NCBI GenBank assembly: GCA_964035545.1
Contig: CAXIUT010000179.1
Location: 35,732 to 67,380 of the forward strand
Direction: 5' to 3'
Length of the DNA: 31,649 nt
From: Bugula neritina
Lineage: Eukaryota > Animalia > Bryozoa
This document shows, piece by piece, positions 1-15,284 of the stretch; positions within the stretch are counted from its first letter, which is position 1, and each line of letters opens with the position of its first letter. The position numbers and the translations under genes are program-made. Below the pieces are notes generated by a model. That model did not search any database. It was not told the DNA's origin and was given only the letters and a program-made list of their open reading frames with translations.

Positions 1-88
1 CCCAACCCCCAACCCCAACCCCAACCCCAACCCCAACCCCAACCCCAACCCCAACCCCAACCCCAACCCCAACCCCAACCCCAACCCC
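1..88 (+). repeat. Left telomere, (CCCCAA)n
   Basis: Perfect C4A2 repeats at the contig start, ending CCCC|TATAAC. Same repeat as Tetrahymena-type ciliate telomeres. Confidence 0.98.
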
Positions 89-352
89 TATAACTATAAT
101 ATATTCGTTAGTATTTATAATTTATTTAGTTATTTTATCAAATATAAATTAATATATAAAATATTATTTAGAACTTGGCTATCAATCGACTTGATTTCCT
201 TTGTTTGTTTATTCTGCTAGGAAATGATAAATATTTATATTTTGGGTTTATTTATAAAAGTTAACCAAAGAAGGTGGTTTTTAATTGAATGTTAATTATT
301 AGTTTGAGATGTTAGATTTATATTTATTTTATTGATATAAATATAACATAAG

Positions 353-639
353 ATGACCTATCAACAACCCTAAAAGAAAAAGCCATTCTTCAGTTGCTGT
401 TCAGCCGAGGAAGAAAAAAAATAAGTCTATGTTGATCTAGGACAAAAAGAACGACCCGTCCAAAGTAGTATTCCCCCTCAACGTAAACATATTTTAACTC
501 AGCCGTCTATCATCAACCAACCACCGTAGTGTCTCAAAGCCCAGCTCCAAAATTCCGTTTCTCCTACCAACAACAACCCCAAGTAGTTCCACAAGTCCAA
601 CCCAACTACCAGAACCAACCAAATATCTATAGAAATTGA
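353..639 (+). CDS. Small Q/P-rich hypothetical protein (88 aa), one 20-nt intron (483-502)
   Basis: With TAR=Glu: MTYQQPEKKKPFFSCCSAEEEKKEVYVDLGQKERPVQSSIPPQ-PVYHQ...NQPNIYRN-TGA. Intron gtaaacatattttaactcag restores the frame. The stop is 1 nt from the internal telomere tract. Confidence 0.65.
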
Positions 640-640
640 T

Positions 641-710
641 CCCCAACCCCAACCCCAACCCCAACCCCAACCCCAACCCCAACCCCAACCCCAACCCCAA
701 CCCCAACCCC
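641..710 (+). repeat. Internal telomeric tract (CCCCAA)n, 70 nt
   Basis: Perfect C4A2 repeats, same polarity as the left end, ending CCCC|TATTTA. Confidence 0.97.
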
Positions 711-777
711 TATTTATCTAAACAACCCATTGATCATCATCAAAAACAGACAATAAAATATATAAATCACATAAATA

Positions 778-1643
778 TCAATGATACTATTCCTACTATT
801 GCTCATATTGACCAATTTCTTATGAAAGATGATTTTATAGGCTTTGCTCTTTGAAAAAGGAGATTATCCATGCGTTGACCACAGTAAAGAAGTAGTAGAT
901 GAGAGGTAGTAATAGCTATACAACAAAAACAACAAAAACTATCCAATAGAATTTCTACTATCATCAAGATCCCAAATAAAAAAATAATTCAAGACCAACC
1001 CCACCATCACCACCAAACAAAAACATCTCCTCAACTAAATCTGATACCTAAAACTAACATCCAACACCTCATACTCCACTATCTTCTCACGATCCAACAA
1101 CTACATCTAGATCTACCTGGCATCCTGCTGCCTCAAATACCGACGCATTGTTCTATTACGCTTCTTTTCATTGTTCATTATCTATCTGATTTTTATGATC
1201 TGGTGAAATGCGCAAATAGATACCAAAGAGTACAGTGATAGGAGAGAATAACGTAGAGGCACCAAATGCAAAAACAGAACAGAAAAGATAAAGACAGCTA
1301 GTAAAGAGAATACAGATAAAATAAAGTATTTGATGGCTGTATGTTCTTAAAATACAAATCTAAGAAAGATCCAATACAAAGGCAACATCCATATAATTCT
1401 AAAGACATTAGATAGATCAGAAACAGCTTTTTTACTAGTAAAAATCGACCACAAATCAACACCAACATCCACCACAGACAACACAAACATCAACTTGTCA
1501 ATCCGATCATAACACATCTTCCACATCACCAACTACCTCACAAACAAAAACATCACCACACATTACACCAACACCACCAACAACCCCCGCAAACAAAACC
1601 AACATATCCCAAATTCATCCAAATCCATCAACAACTCCTCCAT
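778..1643 (-). CDS. Multi-pass membrane protein of unknown function (281 aa), intron 939-958
   Basis: MEELLMDLDEFGICWFCLRGLLVVLVECVVMFLFV... with several hydrophobic segments. The 20-nt intron gtagaaattctattggatag gives the C-terminus ...FFTVVNAWIISFFKEQSLENHLSEEIGQYEQEEEEYH-TGA. Confidence 0.7.
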
Positions 1644-1693
1644 TGCTTATTATTAATATAGTAGGAGTAAGCTATATAATCTTGATGTCACAA

Positions 1694-2672
1694 TCATGAT
1701 TTGATTTGCTGGTGGGCCTGCTTCTACAAGAGCTGGCGGATGGATTGGTTGCTGTGGTGTTTGAGATGCGGGTAGTTTCGAAGCACTTCATCTGCCACGT
1801 GCTTGGCGATTTGCTAGTCTACGCTTGCCATTGTCTTCTTCTCACTTGTTGTCATTTTCTACCATTATGCTGTTTTCTTCTTTTGCTAGAGCTATTGCAC
1901 GCGCTATGCTGTTTTTTGACTCGATACTGACTGAGCAGCAGAATTACGACTCATTCTACTCAAAACATCGTCTTTATCTTTTTATCTTTATTATTGAATA
2001 TTATTTCTATTTTATTACATCCTTTTCATCTGCTATTTCTTCCAATTTTCCTGATCTTTCAAAGTTTCTACTTTATTTTTAAGCTAGAGCAATATGTTTT
2101 TAACTTAGTCATCTGAAACATAGTCTTTCAGTTCAGTTTGATGTTCATTACTAAAGAAATCAAGCAATTAATCTACTTCTTTATCTTATTGTTTTTAGGT
2201 CTATTGAGCAGTTTTAGCCCAAGCAGGCTTATCCTTTTTCTTCAAATTAGGTTCTTGTCTTCGAATAGATTCATTATTTGTTTATTCATTATTTACAATA
2301 CTTGAATTCTTCTCTCTCTATCTCTTCTACTTCCCCTACTGCTTTATCTTCTACAAATGCTCAATTTGTTTTTGTTTCTATAGCTACTCCTGTTCCTTTT
2401 TCAAGTGCACATCTTGCTTGAATTTTTACAACCATTTTTTATGACTGTTAAGGATAGGCAACACTCTCTTCTTTGTCTTATGCTCATCATATTCTTTAAC
2501 TGGTGCTAAACCATACTGCTAATGCGCAAAAACTCGACCACAAAATTATCTATATCATCTACTATCTACCTTTTCTTTTAAACAGATGGACTCTAGTTAG
2601 GTCTAGAACACAGCAGCACTCCTTTGTAGTAATTGATTCCGTCTAAATCGATTTAAAAGTACTTGCCTACAT
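1694..2672 (-). CDS. Uncharacterised charged protein (312 aa), introns 2643-2662 and 2550-2569
   Basis: MEANGINYYKGVLLCSRP...KDKPAWAKTAQETEKQEDKEVDELLDFF...VADEVLRNYPHLKHHSNQSIRQLLEK. Two 20-nt GTA..AG introns make the length a multiple of 3. Confidence 0.8.
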
Positions 2673-2799
2673 ACAATTTGTTTATAAAATATATATATTA
2701 AGTAAAAGTTTTATTTTTCATAAAACCTACAATAACAATATCATTTAATATCAACTGAAATCAATATAAAAAAGATAATAATTGTAAAAATATATAATT

Positions 2800-3823
2800 A
2801 TGGAATCCATCGAATCAACATACGGACCAGTAAAATTAGACTAACAAGCCTACCTCTTCTTCCCTGACAGTATGCATTGATTTATCTAAGAAAAATAATA
2901 AAAAACAGAATAAGGAAAGAAAGGAACCCGATTCTTCTATTTCGGACAAATACAACACGATCAATACTAACTAAAAAAAATAAATTAATTCCATTAATAT
3001 GTTGCTAAACACAAAACAGAATACAATCAATAATTTTTTGATCATCAAAAATTACTACTCTTCTTACAAGCACATCACTACAAACCCAAAGATACTCTAG
3101 AAGCACTTGAATCACATCTACAATTCAGACTTAAATATCTACCGCAGGATTTCTCTAAAGCCTAACATCTACTAGTACTTTATCATACTATCAAAGAAAA
3201 ATGGTTTTTACTATCCTTGCGGCAGAGACAAAAACTTCCGACCCATCCTAGTAGCCAAAGTAAATCTATTCCATCCGAAAGATATCGAAGGAGCATTGCA
3301 AGCCATCATCTATGTCCAAGAATAGGTCATTAAATTGATGACTCTACCAGGACAAGTATAAAACTGGATAGTTATCTATGATTTAGGAGGAATGAAAATA
3401 GGAGATATACCTATCAATGCAGTTAGATCTGTTACCTAAAAAACAACCAATCATTATGGCGGAAGATTGTATAAGATGTTCATAGTCAATGCTCCTTCGA
3501 CCATCTATTTTACCTGGAAAATAGTGTCAGCATTTTTGGATCCTGTTACTGTTTAAAAAATTAAATTATCTAAAACTAATACCGAGAAAACTTTGTTTGA
3601 TAATATTGACTTATCGCAAATTGAAGAGAAATATGGAGGAAAACAACCCAGTAGAACTCAATATTGGTATTTATTTGGTTTATATAGGCCTTTTAGTCTT
3701 CCGTAAGGAGTATTTGATTCCAAAAGATTGATATCCTTTTAGGAATATGAAAATAAGTTAAAGAAAGGAGAGCTAAAAAGAAATACTATTCATCCTAAAT
3801 TTGCTGAAAAGAAATAAAATTGA
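2800..3823 (+). CDS. CRAL-TRIO/Sec14-family lipid-binding protein (319 aa), introns 2870-2890, 3175-3196, 3667-3687
   Basis: Motifs GRDKNFRPIL, PGQVENWIVIYDLGGM, GGRLYKMFIVNAP, WKIVSAFLDPVTVEKI, QIEEKYGG. Confidence 0.9.
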
Positions 3824-3891
3824 TTAAAAACTTGTCATAATTTGTAAAGTCATTCAATACTTTCACTATTGTCACAATAAAGCTAATTAAA

Positions 3892-4872
3892 TCAATGTTT
3901 TCCTTCATAGAGTTGTTTGAGTTGTCCAGCAACCGTATTGATAGTCTGCCCGCCCACATCAGAAGTAAACTGCCAAAACATAACACCTCCATACCACTGC
4001 CCTTCTTTATAAGCTCTAACAACAGCATTAGACAGCACCTGTTTATCAGTATAGCCAGTATTATAAGCATCCCCTTGAGTAACCGGCTTCCCCACAATAA
4101 TTTTCTCCAAAGGAACTCCCCTAACATTGATTTCCTTGACTGAAGTGCCTGGAAAATTTCCCCCAGAAGTCATAAACAAGGTTTCATAGGTATCATATCT
4201 GTTGTCCCCTTGATTATAAAATTGAACATTATAGAAGTCGATCATATTGCCAATTTGTTTATGTATGGCAGTATACCCTCCATTTTTGTATCTTTATGTT
4301 GAGAAATACGGTGCCTGAGGAGCATGTGTTATGATATGATTCGGTATCATCGCTCGTAACCTTTGAGTAAATGCTATCAACCACTGCTAACCAGTACCGT
4401 TCTACATAGCAGCGTTGTCTTAGTAATCAATATCAACTCCATCCAAATTGTTCTATAATACAAATGTTCCTAATTTTTATGCACATTGAATAGGATTGAT
4501 ATTGCCTGTTGTTGGTAATTCAGTTGATCCAAAAGCACTGATCATTATTTTAACTCCATTGCTATTGTATTTAGCTTTGATATTTTTTTGTGCTTAATCT
4601 TTTGATGAGCCAAAATTATTAGGATTACCAAAATATTTCATAGGATCAGACCAAAGAAGTGCAATATCTACAGGTCCATTGTTAAAAGTCCAAAAACATA
4701 AAGCTACATAGTTGTAAAGATGAAATGGAGCAAATCCAGGCACACCCAAATCAGACGCTATCTTCTCTGGAGGCCACCAGTTGTTTATTTTGTTAATATA
4801 AGTAAACCTCACAGGATAGCTTACCTTTCCCTGCTGCTGATGCTGGTTGTGATGTTGGTTGTGATGATGCAT
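3892..4872 (-). CDS. Glycoside hydrolase family 18 (chitinase-like), 326 aa, intronless
   Basis: Track ORFs 4594-4872 and 3892-4245 are one frame under TAR=Glu. KIMISAFG and catalytic LDGVDIDYE (E = TAA at 4420-4422), HAPQAPYF, FYNVQFYNQ, GGVMFWQ. Confidence 0.93.
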
Positions 4873-4958
4873 TTGATAAATATATCTTATTTTATAAAAA
4901 ACTAAAGATAGTTATATTTAATGATGTTTATATATCAAACAGTAACAATCAGGTTATA

Positions 4959-5688
4959 TCAGAAAGGAACAACATAACTTCTTTAAGTTCTATCTGTCCT
5001 ATCAGACGATAAACACTAAAACTATGACCTCAGAGTGGGTAAATTCTATCCTAATCCTATATTTTATTCGATATTTACGTATTATTTAACCTTTCAAAGG
5101 CGTAGCCGAAGCAGTCGATTAATTCTCTCTCAAATGAAGCAAATCCAATTTGATATTTTTACGACCAGAACCAACATTTTTCTCTGTAACATTTCTCATC
5201 TACTCCATACCTCTAACACTCTATGTATGATTATTTATATTTTTCAATGATGAAGCCACCTGCTCTCCATACTTAAATGATATCCTATTGCTTTTAATCT
5301 GTCTTTTTACTACCTATTCATCGAAAGCTGATTCATAGTATGTATTAAAAGATTCTTTCTCTCGATATATCTATTCCTTATTTTACTACCTCTTAGAAAT
5401 ACTATTGCTCTTACTATCTTTATCCTTCTTCAAACTAAATTTCTTCTCCTTCGATCGCTAAATACTCCCCTTATCTCTCAACGATATCTTACTCTCACTC
5501 TTCCTCGCAACAGTCGTTATAGATTTACTACTAGGACTCTCCTTCATCTAATAATTTTTAACCCGCACATACTTTTTTTAATACTTTCCATGCCTCCCAT
5601 TCAATAGATACTGTTCTCGCTTACTACTGTCCTTAGATTCAATGCCATAACAATCAAATAGACAACTATTGGTTCCACATGAATACAT
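4959..5688 (-). CDS. Hypothetical S/K/R/E-rich protein (235 aa), intron 5057-5078
   Basis: TGA-free frame from ATG 5688. A 22-nt intron gtaaatatcgaataaaatatag leads to ...YVVPF-TGA. No recognisable domain. Confidence 0.6.
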
Positions 5689-5780
5689 CTGCTACTAACT
5701 TTCTAATATTCTATAACGATATTCAATATTCAATGATCTATGATTAGTTTTATCAAAAAATAAAATAGAAGAAATGATAA

Positions 5781-6383
5781 TCATTCCTCTAACAGTCTTA
5801 TATGTCTGAAATCCTTGGCAATCACCTCTCGACGTATCGCCGCCACCATCTTCTAATCCAATTTACTACTCCTCATCCGCTCATAATTAGCAAACAAGCT
5901 GCTCAAAGTACAGTTCGTTTTCATCATCCTCAAATGCTGACCCGCATATCCAGTAATTTTATCTTTTTTTGAAGTCTAACAAGAAGGAACCCTTTTGGTC
6001 TGAAAAGTTGCTGTTTTAGCTGATGATCTTTTTGATGTTTTTTTGTTTGTTTTTCTGGTTGGATTTGTTATCTAACTCATCAATACTTTTTTGACTCCAT
6101 GTTGATTTTCATTCTATTTGTTCATAACTACCGACTAATACAACCGCCTTCTTTCAGTATTTTTATAAATACATCCAATAGAAGGTAATTTTTTATGTTT
6201 ATGTGATATTTTAGTATTTCTTCCAGATCTGTTGGTCAAGGTAGTATTTCTATTTAGCCTAGGACTCTTGCTATCAACAGAAGAATGATGAATAGTTGAA
6301 CATTTCGAGTCACTGGTTATATTATGATGTATAAAATCATAAAGAGTCAGAGTTTGTTTTGGTTCTTCTTTATTCTATATCAT
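5781..6383 (-). CDS. Hypothetical basic protein (200 aa)
   Basis: Uninterrupted 201-codon frame MIENKEEPKQTLTLYDFIHH...AKDFRHIRLLEE-TGA, flanked by AT-rich spacers. Confidence 0.65.
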
Positions 6384-6480
6384 AAGAAATTATTTATTTA
6401 GAATATATATATAAGATCAATATTTACTTTTTAACTCAAATTCATAGTATTTTACCTCATATTAATAACCATAAAAAACA

Positions 6481-9174
<2,694 letters not shown>

Positions 9175-9200
9175 TTACCTATTCTTATTCAACCTCATTA

Positions 9201-9260
9201 TTATTATTCTATGAATAATTAATATAATTAATATTATTCTATGAATAATTAATATAATTA
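9201..9260 (+). repeat. 30-nt tandem duplication next to the internal telomere tract
   Basis: 9202-9230 is identical to 9232-9260 (tattattctatgaataattaatataatta). Confidence 0.9.
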
Positions 9261-9272
9261 TGACTTATTTGA

Positions 9273-9358
9273 CCCACCCAACCCCAACCCCCAACCCCAA
9301 CCCCAACCCCAACCCCAACCCCAACCCCAACCCCAACCCCAACCCCAACCCCAACCCC
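9273..9358 (+). repeat. Internal telomeric tract (CCCCAA)n, 86 nt
   Basis: Starts with degenerate units (CCCA CCCAA CCCCAA CCCCCAA), then perfect repeats, ending CCCC|TTAAG. Confidence 0.97.
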
Positions 9359-9387
9359 TTAAGATATATAATTTAAATTTTATATAA

Positions 9388-10609
9388 ATGAGTAACAACG
9401 ATTCCGACTCGCCCAGATCTCCACCAAAACCAATCAACCCCTCAAACTACCCATATCTCAACCAAAATCAAAAAAGCCACACTAACTCCCCAAGAAAACA
9501 TATACACGGTCTTCCCTTTGCCCAATCCCATGCCGCCCATCCCAGCGCTCAAAGAGTAGTCACCTAACATAACAACTATTACACCTAATAAAGAGGTCAA
9601 AATATGAGAAGCGTTAGTCGCGCCAAATCGAATTCTGGTCGATTAGTGGCCTCACAAGTAACAAAATAAGATCTGGTCAAAGGTATTTTTAATAGTATGC
9701 AGGATAAAGTCAAATAAAATATGTTCCTTATGAGAAAAAAGTGATATAATACTAGAACAGACAATATGTTTAGAAAGTACCAATCAAAAAGAAAGTAACC
9801 AAGTTGTAATAACGTCGAACAATATAAACAATACCCCATGAAAAAGTTATCACTGACTACTATGCTGTTGAAAAACGAGTAGAATATCATAGATAAGTTA
9901 TCCCAGAAAAAAGAATCTAAATGGTACCAGTTTAAAAGAAAATCAAAAAGTATTAATACATTCCTGTCTAGAAGTATATTCATTAATATTTAGACAAATA
10001 GTCCATTATCCCTAAAACGTAGACTTAGAAACAGCAAAAGGACAAAGTAGAATGGTACTTTCACAACAAGGAGTACAAGTCAAACAAAATGCTTAGTTCA
10101 AACAAATAGATCCAACTCTTATCTATAAGTATTCCAATAAACCTGAAAATCAATTCCAACATATTAACTATGTCGACCAAGGTACCTCTAGAGCACTATC
10201 AACTGCTCCCACTCACCTAGAACAAATGCACACTACTACAACTACAGCCAAGTACCAACCTTTTCAAAATTTATAAAGAATACAAAGCAAACCTCTATAT
10301 GATACCCATGTCCAAGGAGGACCAAAAGTAATGGTTACTGACCATCTAGGACATCTAAAAAGATAGTATGAGTAGTATCAAAGAGAAGGAGATAGTTATA
10401 TCGCATAATTAAAGAATTTGAATGGATCAAGAGGAATCAAACCTTTTGAACAACTTGGACAAAGACAAGAGATCAGACAGGAAGTAAGAAATATGCCACA
10501 ATATTCTCATTATAATGATTATGGGTAGCCTCATCTAGGTGGAATGTAAACAAAACAGAGAGGAAAGTATTTTAATAGCAATAATGCCGATTGGAGAATT
10601 TAAAGATGA
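9388..10609 (+). CDS. Epiplasmin-like cortical membrane-skeleton protein (393 aa), introns 9683-9702 and 9974-9993
   Basis: Core GESQIKYVPYEKKVIEYE...ITDYYAVEKRVEY...YEYIPVEKQIVHYP matches the epiplasmin central domain as I recall it from Paramecium. Confidence 0.85.
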
Positions 10610-10648
10610 TATTTTTTTTATATAAATGTAATTATCAGAGTTTTTGCT

Positions 10649-11368
10649 TCAGTCTAAAAACTAGTTAAATATTAACTAGCCACTCTATGGTTCAACGAAA
10701 GTGTCACCTATTTTATCTTCAACCATCTCCTTCTCTTTGGAACTTCCCTCCTAACAGTTTTCTTCTATCTTTTCCCTCTATTCGTCTGATTGATCGCCCT
10801 CTAGGAAGGCAATGTATGACCCTTTCTGGTTCATTTTTTGAAGATAAGCTTCAATGATTTAAGTATCTTCTTTGTTGAGATTTTATCCTTTGAGGTATTC
10901 CAGAGATGCTTCTAGAAGATCAACTTTATTTCCTTGAGACTGAGATACATAGAAGATTTCCTTCATCCTTTGGTCAAAAGATTTGCATTGATGAGGTGTT
11001 TTTTTGGGTAGTCCTGGAATATTGCTCAGAAAAGTAGACATATGCTTATAGATGCTGTTAGGTTTCCAACATTTCCAGCTGATTTTAGAGTAGGGATATC
11101 TGGTAGCGTAGTGGAAGGGAAATAAGTAGTATCTTTTAATGTGAAGAGCAAGGAAGCGGTCATCTGGGTTGTATTTCCGTTATTTTCTTTGTTTTTTAGT
11201 TTTGTTTGATTTTTGGGAGGGTTTGCTGGATTCAATAACAGTTTTTTCCATGATTATAGGATTAGAAAAATCATTTATAATTTGATTATCCCAGGATTAT
11301 TGGGTAAAAGTTTGAAATCTATGACTTACAGGTGTCTCTGAACTTTCTTCTGTTGGTTTCTTCCCCAT
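10649..11368 (-). CDS. Divergent Myb-like protein (239 aa)
   Basis: Intronless frame. IYKHMSTFL...KTPHQCKSFDQRMK parallels FYEEMSSFLSTRNSLQCRSHHQKL in the Myb gene at 17027. Acidic C-terminal tail. Confidence 0.65.
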
Positions 11369-11611
11369 TTTTTTTTCTAAAATTTAAATATTATCAATTT
11401 CTCTAATTATCTTCGTTAAATACTAACTTCCAACTCCCACTTTCCACCAATCTCCATTCTTGATTCTTTACACCCACTAAACTCACACTAACTTCATATC
11501 TCACCATCTAGAGCTATATTTACGAACTTTAGCTAAAGTTTTTTAAAATTGATAGTGGGGTTTGTTCTTCTATGGATATGAAATGGAAAAAAACTTTAAA
11601 AATAAAAACAA

Positions 11612-13165
11612 TCACTCATCCATTTTTCTTTTAGTATTCTGACTGATCTTGACTTCTGTTTGCTTAGAACTTCCCATCGATTCCATATCTACATCATATC
11701 ATATTTACTCTTTCTTGATTTTTATATCGATGTCTTATGAGAAACCTTATTCTTCGAGAGCTGGTTAGAAGGCTTAATGGTAAATTTATTCTCAATTTTC
11801 TTGTTGGAATCAACCACAGCAACTCTATTCTTCTCTTGGTACTATTTAGCCAAACGAAACGCAGTCGCTCTTGCCAATTTCTTCAAATTATCAACTCGAT
11901 TAGTTTTACAACCCAGCATCGTCGTATAAGACGTTGTACTTCCAACATTTATTTCTTTATTTTTGTATATCAAGTCAAAACCTCCCACCACCTCTTCATC
12001 TCCCTTCAATCTACATTATATCCACAATACATTCCCTAGATGTTAATGATGCTCATAACATCATCAATCAACCCAGTTTTTAACTAAGAATCCTACTTGG
12101 TATTAGCGGTCATAGATGGACCTCCATTGACTTCCAGCAACCACGCCTTTCCCTTCTCATCAAACAAGAAATCAAATCCATACAACTAGAAACAGTGAGG
12201 ACTATTTGTAACCAATTTTTGAACAGCCAACATCGACTTTATGATACATCTCTGAATATCACAAAAAGCATTATTAGTGTATTCCACTCCCATTTTACTG
12301 AGCATAAACTTTTTCAACTCCTCTAAGAACCACTTCCCGCCAATCCACTTCACGTAATTGGGAGAATTCATGTTGATAGCCACATTGGTCAGATGTTTAT
12401 CTACATATCTCTAAATGTACAAAGGTTGTCGATGTCTGAATTATCGTATCTTTCATGAGTAAATCTAGCAAATCCTGCACGATATAGATAGATCACCAAA
12501 GGTTGGTATGACACACAAAGAGCATAGATACGCATATCGAATTTTCTACCTCCAAAAAGAAGAGGATTCAGCAAATATCTTTGAGCTACATACGGTTCGG
12601 GAGGATTGTCACGATTGTATGACTTCCATCTTGATACATCACTCGCTTTGTTAAAAATAAATATTCCCTTTCCCTGGCACTTGGAAGTCTGAATAAGAGA
12701 CACATACCGGCTTCATTATCCACAGAGATTTGTTATCATATTGAGTGCGTTTGAATTATTCGTAGAAGATGACATATTCGCTGGGAAGTTGGAAGGTGGC
12801 CGGCAAGAAATCATACTAATCCGATTATTCTTTGTGATTTTGTTTGTCTAAACCTCGCTTATACTTTTTTAAATTTTTGTTGAGCATATCTTTCCGACAT
12901 AGTTCATGCCATCCTCTAAAATGGTTGACTTTCATATATGGAAGTATCCTGTGTCGCTAAAATACCCAATCCACTTGTTCCTTTTCACACCAAATGACAT
13001 TCCAATCATCATCATAGGTTTGCTTCCACTATCGAGATTGGAAAGCCTACTGCACACAGTTCTTGAAAGTTGTCTTGAACTTGACATTTGTACTATATTA
13101 AAAACAACAAACGGAGGCGTAGGGTAGTGCTAACGTTTTATGTATCGTCTGAAATATTCACTCAT
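11612..13165 (-). CDS. TTLL9: Tubulin-tyrosine-ligase-like polyglutamylase, TTLL9/TTLL1 group (484 aa), 5 introns (13093-13112, 12689-12707, 12401-12420, 12011-12030, 11689-11708)
   Basis: VNHFRGWHELCRKD, WIMKP, QGKGIF, QRYLLNPLLFGGRKFDMRIY, HLTNVAI, CFELYGFD, WLLEVNGGPS, VGGFDLIY. Confidence 0.9.
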
Positions 13166-13284
13166 CTATCTTATATTATTTAGACAGATAAAGAAACTCT
13201 TTCGATATCAATTCCAATCATCAGACTAAAATAAATGTCTAGATATTTAAAAGTAGAATAAAAAATAGATAAAAAATACTATTG

Positions 13285-14256
13285 TCAGTTGAAAACAGGC
13301 ATAGTCAACACCTGCGCAGCTGTCAATCGCTTGTTAGGATCATAAACTAACAACCTTTCAACCACATCGATCAATTCATCCACACACTCTCCATTGATCT
13401 TCATCATCCGATGACGGACACCACTACCAACTACTTACACCAAACTTATCTACTAGTCCTCAACTTTCATTGCCTTGAGCTCATCTTGACTAGGCACTCC
13501 CAGACACTTTATTATCTTCGATAGCATTACAGTCGCGTTGGGACCCTAGAATATCGCTCTGTTTAGCATCATTTCAGCTATTACACAGCCAGCTGACCAC
13601 ATATCGATCTGGTGGTTGTAGTAGATAGATCCAAATAGCAGCTAAGGCGCGCGATAGTATCTCGAACAAATGTATGCTATGTTTTTTTGACCAGGAATTA
13701 GAGATTTAGCTGACCCGAAGTCACAAATTTTGGCCTAATGCTAGTTAACTAAGATATTCGATGGCTTTATGTCTCGATGGCAGATATTTTTTGACTGAAT
13801 TAGAGCAATATACATGTAAATCTCTGAGAGCAGTGAGGATACATTTAGAATACAATTTTATTTTAGGTATTGGGATATACTTTTTAGGTAGGTTAGTTTT
13901 AATGATTTTAGAGAGAGGTTCTGGAATGAATTCCATGACTAGGTTCAGAAATGTCCCCTTAATAGTTTTATATTATACCTATTTTTATTATTTATAGAAG
14001 CTAGAGTGAAGTTTAACTACATACTAACTCTGAATAGTTTTCATGATATCAAGTTATCTATTTTTATATTTTTTATTTTGAAGAACATGCTTCATGGCAA
14101 ATTATTTATTAGTATTGATCTCTCTAACCTATCTTAAAGATAATTTACTTTATACACCTTTCCAAAAGTACCTTAACCCACCACTTACAGTATCTGAAAG
14201 CCTTCATAAATTTATCCTTTTTTACTGTCAGACTATTCTTCTTCATGTCTCCACAT
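13285..14256 (-). CDS. GSK3/shaggy-like CMGC kinase (303 aa), introns 14129-14148, 13958-13978, 13795-13813
   Basis: [50 protein letters not shown]. Confidence 0.92.
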
Positions 14257-14394
14257 TTATATTATTAATAATATCAATAAAGGAACAAAACCATACCGAA
14301 CAAAAAATCAATTTATCAAATTAGTATTAAGACAGTTAAAAACAACCAAAATAATAAAAATGAAAGTTTTATGTTTATAATTAAAATATATCAA

Positions 14395-15258
14395 ATGAAA
14401 GAAGATCAAGAACTAAAATAACATAAATAAAAATGGCGTCTATGGAATGAACAAAGATAACGATAGTCAATCAAAAAGAAACTCAACGTAGAACAAGGTA
14501 TTTAGAACTACGCAGCTAATCTAATTCAGCAAATAAACAGTCCATTCTCAAAAAATAACGACAAACAAACCAAACAAATGAACAAACAACTTTCAAATTA
14601 AATATAATCTAACGTCTGCTCGATCTGTTTATAGTTGATGATTCCACCAGATCGTCAACCGATCATGCTTTTTCCCTGCGGCCACAACATCTGCAAAGAT
14701 TGTCTGTTCTAGCATCCTCCCAGAGGTCAAATCAGAAAGAATATGCCCCTCAAGTTGGCTAAATGCACTTTATGTCGACAAAAAATATAATCATATGCTT
14801 TAAATCAAAGTTTAATGGCTTTGATTTGCTCATATAGCAATAATAAATAATTGCTATAAAAGTAGTAAATACGATTGCTACAGGAAGAGTAGAGTAATGT
14901 TGCTGAAGAAGATATCGAACAGATAAGAATCAGATGCAATATTTTATAGAAATAACAAAAAAAATTACATATCTAATCATAAAAATATAGTAAATAAAAA
15001 ACAGTGTTAGGGGAAGTTATTGGGACATTGAAGAAATAAAAGAAAAATAATTAGAAATAGATGTAAAAATTATAAGAATAAGCATCATTGATATCGAAAT
15101 GTTTAACATAAAAAATAGAACAAATGTAATTACTATAAAAACGATTAAAATAAAATCAAGATAAAGAAAGAGTATTATAAAAAGCATTAAATCCTTTAAA
15201 AAAATAAAAATAAAAACAAGAAGTATTAGAATTAGCCAGAATAGTCAATAAAAAATGA
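14395..15258 (+). CDS. RING-HC finger plus coiled-coil protein, putative E3 ligase (287 aa)
   Basis: CSICLELM...LFPCGHNICKDC...CTLCR, followed by an E/K-rich coiled coil. Confidence 0.88.
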
Positions 15259-15284
15259 GTGATAATTATAATAAATCATTGATA

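Noticed and set aside
494-854. Track ORFs with (GL)n and (PN)n runs
   Set aside because: They are translations of the internal C4A2 telomere tract.
4985-5035. U2 snRNA-like stretch TATCTGTCCTATCAG
   Set aside because: No branch-pairing GTGTAGTA or other U2 elements, and it lies in the last exon of the 4959-5688 model.
10830-10970. Apparent in-frame TGA readthrough in the 10649-11368 gene
   Set aside because: It came from miscounting a poly-A run. The correct frame has no internal TGA.
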